A DNA stretch of 20,279 bases, taken from assembly GCA_038248345.1 (NCBI GenBank), contig JBBRXO010000052.1, positions 1 through 20,279 on the forward strand, in the 5' to 3' direction. Position numbers and translations under genes: made by a program. The stretch comes from Armatimonadota bacterium. Its GTDB lineage: Bacteria > Armatimonadota > Hebobacteria > CAIYQO01. The notes below the pieces were generated by a model. The model had not been told where the DNA came from. It did no database searches and was given only the letters and a program-made list of their open reading frames with translations. Below are positions 16,585-20,279 of this stretch, piece by piece (the first letter of the stretch is position 1; the number at the start of each line of letters is the position of its first letter).

Positions 16585-16656
16585 GGGAACGCAGGCGTCC
16601 CGCCTGACCCGTAGCACGGGCTGAGATACAGGCGCGCCACGGCGGGCGCGGGCTAC
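16585..16656. repeat. Cluster of GC-rich REP-like palindromes
   Basis: GGGAACGCAGGCGTCCCGCCTG (16585-16606), CCCGTAGCACGGG (16608-16620) and minus-strand GTAGCCCGCGCCCGCCGTGGCGCG (16633-16656). Confidence 0.55.
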
Positions 16657-16762
16657 AACCCTGGGATACCCCCAACTTCCTATTTTCTCCGTCCCAATAC
16701 TGGACTTTCACCCCTGTTAGGGGTATCATTATTGGCGTATTCCATTGAATAAGGAGCTGGTG

Positions 16763-17959
<1,197 letters not shown>

Positions 17960-17981
17960 GCTGGCGATCAACTGAATGTAT

Positions 17982-18020
17982 AGCGCCCCCGGACAGTTAT
18001 TTGTTCGGGGGCGTTTTCTT
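17982..18020 (+). terminator. Rho-independent terminator after argG
   Basis: AGCGCCCCCGGACAG-TTAT-TTGTTCGGGGGCGTT followed by TTCTT. Confidence 0.8.
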
Positions 18021-18147
18021 CAGGTGGCACCTGAAGTAGTGCCCTCACACCACCCTTAACTGCTACTAACAGTAATAAAATGATTATCAGCTATGGTTAC
18101 AAGTAGAATCTATCGCAATGCGTAGCGGAAGAGGAGAGTTGATCACT

Positions 18148-20279
18148 ATGGCTGAATATAATTCTGGAGATATGTTCGCTGAGCGTTATCGGCTGGTGGA
18201 GAAATTGCATGTAAGCAACTTCTCGTCTGTCTGGACTGCTACCGATTCTCTCAGTAGGGACACGCAGGTGGTGTTGAAGATATTCTCCCCCGCCCTACGC
18301 AAGCAGGCGGAGTTCGGCATGGCATTTAAGGATTACACTTCCCGGCTGATCTCATTCCTCCACCCGAACCTATTACTGCCGCGGCAGTTTGACGCAGCCG
18401 GGCCTAACCCCTACCTGGTGTTACCTTCCTGCCCGGCGGGGTCGCTGGCAGATATGAAAAATGGCCCACGCCGCAAGGGTTGGACGGAAGATGAACTACT
18501 CCTGCTGATAGAAGACATCGGTGCAGCGCTGGCCTATCTGCATGAGCAGCAACCACCGGTATTACACCGACAACTCACCAAAGAAGATATTCTGCTGGAT
18601 GAAGAAGGACACTACCGACTGGCCGATTTTGGCCGCTCTGATGCCATGCTAAATAGCGGCGGCAGTCAGCGAGCAGCTATCAAAAGTGATCGGGTTGAAG
18701 ATGACATTTTCTCCTTTGGCAGTATCCTCTATAACTTGGCCGTCGGTAAGCCACCGTTCCAGGCGGGCGTGGAAACGCTGGGGTTGAAGGCGGGCAGCAC
18801 GTTGCCCCGCCCGAATAACATCAGCCAGGAAACGTGGAATATGATCTGTCGCTGCCTCTCCTCCGAACGCGAGATGCGCCCAACAGCGGCAGAGATGGCG
18901 CGTGAAGCACGCTGGAAGCTTTCCAGCGAAACCCCCAAACTTGATGCTGATGTCATTGCTAAACCATCGTTTGATTTATCGGCCATCAGCAGCAATGCGA
19001 AATACATTATGTTCGGACTGCTGGCGCTGCTGGTAATTATCACTACAGTGGTGTTATGGCCACGTAACCGTACCGCAACTCCAGCATCATCTGCTACAGT
19101 GACAATCCTCAAGCTGCATGGTTCCAACACCATCGGCGCGGAGCTGATGCCGGAGTTAGTGGTTGATTACCTGAAGAGCAAAGGCGCTATCAAACTTGTA
19201 CGCGAACCCCGAGCCCCGGAAGAGATGGTCATCCGTTGCACCATGCCGGGTAAGGCCGAGCTGCAACAGGTGGAGATCTATGCCAAGGGTAGCGCCACCG
19301 CTTTCGAAGACTTGCTGGCGAAAAACTGCGATATCGGCATGGCCTCGCGCCGCGTCAATGATAAAGAGAAAATCTCGCTGGCTGGGCTGGGCGAGATGAC
19401 CTCCCCGGCATGCGAGCACGTGCTGGGGCTGGACGGGATCGCCATCATTGTGAACCCGGCTAACCCGATAACCCAGTTGCAGAAGGCGCAGGTCGCCGAC
19501 ATCTTCAACGGCAATATTACCAACTGGAAGGATATCGGCGGCGCTGATCAAAAGATTAACCTGAATGCGCGCGATGATAAATCCGGCACCTACGATACCT
19601 TTAAATCGTTGATTCTAGGCAAGGAAGGGAAACTAGCCGCCGGGACGCAACGCTTCGAGAGCAGCGACCAACTGCGCCAGACGGTAGCGGATGATCCGGG
19701 TGGTATCGGCTTTGTGGGCTTAGCAACCCTTAAATCCGTCAAGGTGCTGGCAGTGGCGGATGGGGCGAATTTCATTATCCCCAACGCCTTCACCGTCGCC
19801 ACCGAGGACTACCCACTTTCACGCCGGCTTTTCCTCTATACGCCGGCGAACAGCACCAACCCAATGGTTCGCGATTTCGTGGAATTTGTCCTCTCTGCCA
19901 AGGGGCAGGATGTCGCCACGAAAATAGGCTTTATCGGGCAAAACCTGAAAGCAGAGGCTAAAAGCACGGCTCCACAACGCCTGAATGTGAACTTCCGCTT
20001 TACCTCCGGCAGTGTCTCGCTGGACAACAAGGCGACCGCCGACCTCGACCGCCTAGTAGCATTACTGATGGATCCGGCACACAAAGGGAAGAAAATCTCC
20101 CTGCATGGATACGCCGATAACTACGGCCCCGAAGAAAGCAATCTGGAGATCAGCCGCCAACGTGCCGAATCAGTTGCCGCAGCCCTGCGCTCCCGTGGCA
20201 TCACCATCACCGTTGTAGACGGACTGGGAAGCGCCAGTCCCATCGCCGACAACGCCACCGCCGACGGCCGCGACCGCAA
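18148..20279 (+). CDS. Partial (3'-truncated) fusion protein: Ser/Thr pseudokinase, TM helix, PstS-like substrate-binding domain, OmpA-like C-terminal domain
   Basis: Translated by hand; the frame is open from ATG 18148 (RBS GAGGAG) to the window end. Kinase fold: RYRLVEKL, VVLKIF, HPNL, ALAYLH, ADFG, DIFSFG..LY, GKPPF, RPTA. TM: YIMFGLLALLVIITTVVLW. PstS-like: HGSNTIG, DIGMASR, LDGIAIIVNP.NP, RDDKSGT, YPLSRRLFLY. OmpA-like: FRF..GS..LD, GYADN.G...NL.IS.QRA..V. Confidence 0.88.
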   Translation, partial: MAEYNSGDMFAERYRLVEKLHVSNFSSVWTATDSLSRDTQVVLKIFSPALRKQAEFGMAFKDYTSRLISFLHPNLLLPRQFDAAGPNPYLVLPSCPAGSLADMKNGPRRKGWTEDELLLLIEDIGAALAYLHEQQPPVLHRQLTKEDILLDEEGHYRLADFGRSDAMLNSGGSQRAAIKSDRVEDDIFSFGSILYNLAVGKPPFQAGVETLGLKAGSTLPRPNNISQETWNMICRCLSSEREMRPTAAEMAREARWKLSSETPKLDADVIAKPSFDLSAISSNAKYIMFGLLALLVIITTVVLWPRNRTATPASSATVTILKLHGSNTIGAELMPELVVDYLKSKGAIKLVREPRAPEEMVIRCTMPGKAELQQVEIYAKGSATAFEDLLAKNCDIGMASRRVNDKEKISLAGLGEMTSPACEHVLGLDGIAIIVNPANPITQLQKAQVADIFNGNITNWKDIGGADQKINLNARDDKSGTYDTFKSLILGKEGKLAAGTQRFESSDQLRQTVADDPGGIGFVGLATLKSVKVLAVADGANFIIPNAFTVATEDYPLSRRLFLYTPANSTNPMVRDFVEFVLSAKGQDVATKIGFIGQNLKAEAKSTAPQRLNVNFRFTSGSVSLDNKATADLDRLVALLMDPAHKGKKISLHGYADNYGPEESNLEISRQRAESVAAALRSRGITITVVDGLGSASPIADNATADGRDR

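Noticed and set aside
16700..16762. ARG box upstream of argG
   Set aside because: No convincing TGAAT/TGCAT...ATTCA palindrome pair was found.
18729..20084. Several short ORFs listed in the track
   Set aside because: All lie within the long plus-strand ORF from 18148, which the track missed because it has no stop in the window.

Overview
A 20.3 kb bacterial chromosomal window of mostly housekeeping genes. It contains an amt-glnK nitrogen module, larB, a Cys-rich membrane protein, L-rhamnose isomerase and a class II aldolase with a divergent PfkB kinase, and a short dcw segment (mraZ-rsmH-ftsL-ftsI). Further along are a secreted beta-sandwich protein, a Gfo/Idh/MocA oxidoreductase, an AAA_14/DUF4143 ATPase and argG. 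A final ORF, missing from the supplied track, starts at 18148 and runs off the window end. It fuses a degenerate Ser/Thr kinase (pseudokinase), one TM helix, a PstS-like domain and an OmpA-like domain, and is the most novel-looking feature. Other notable items are an FtsI-like PBP with an apparently quadruplicated pedestal subdomain, an exported protein with a CysRS C-terminal-like domain, two oppositely oriented MraZ-box arrays, a phased GTAAC array upstream of amt, and a PII protein lacking Tyr51. The intergenic regions hold several unrelated palindromic or REP-like elements. The host may be Armatimonadota, but this is only a recollection about the 3405-4514 family and is unverified. All calls come from reading motifs by eye; no searches were run.
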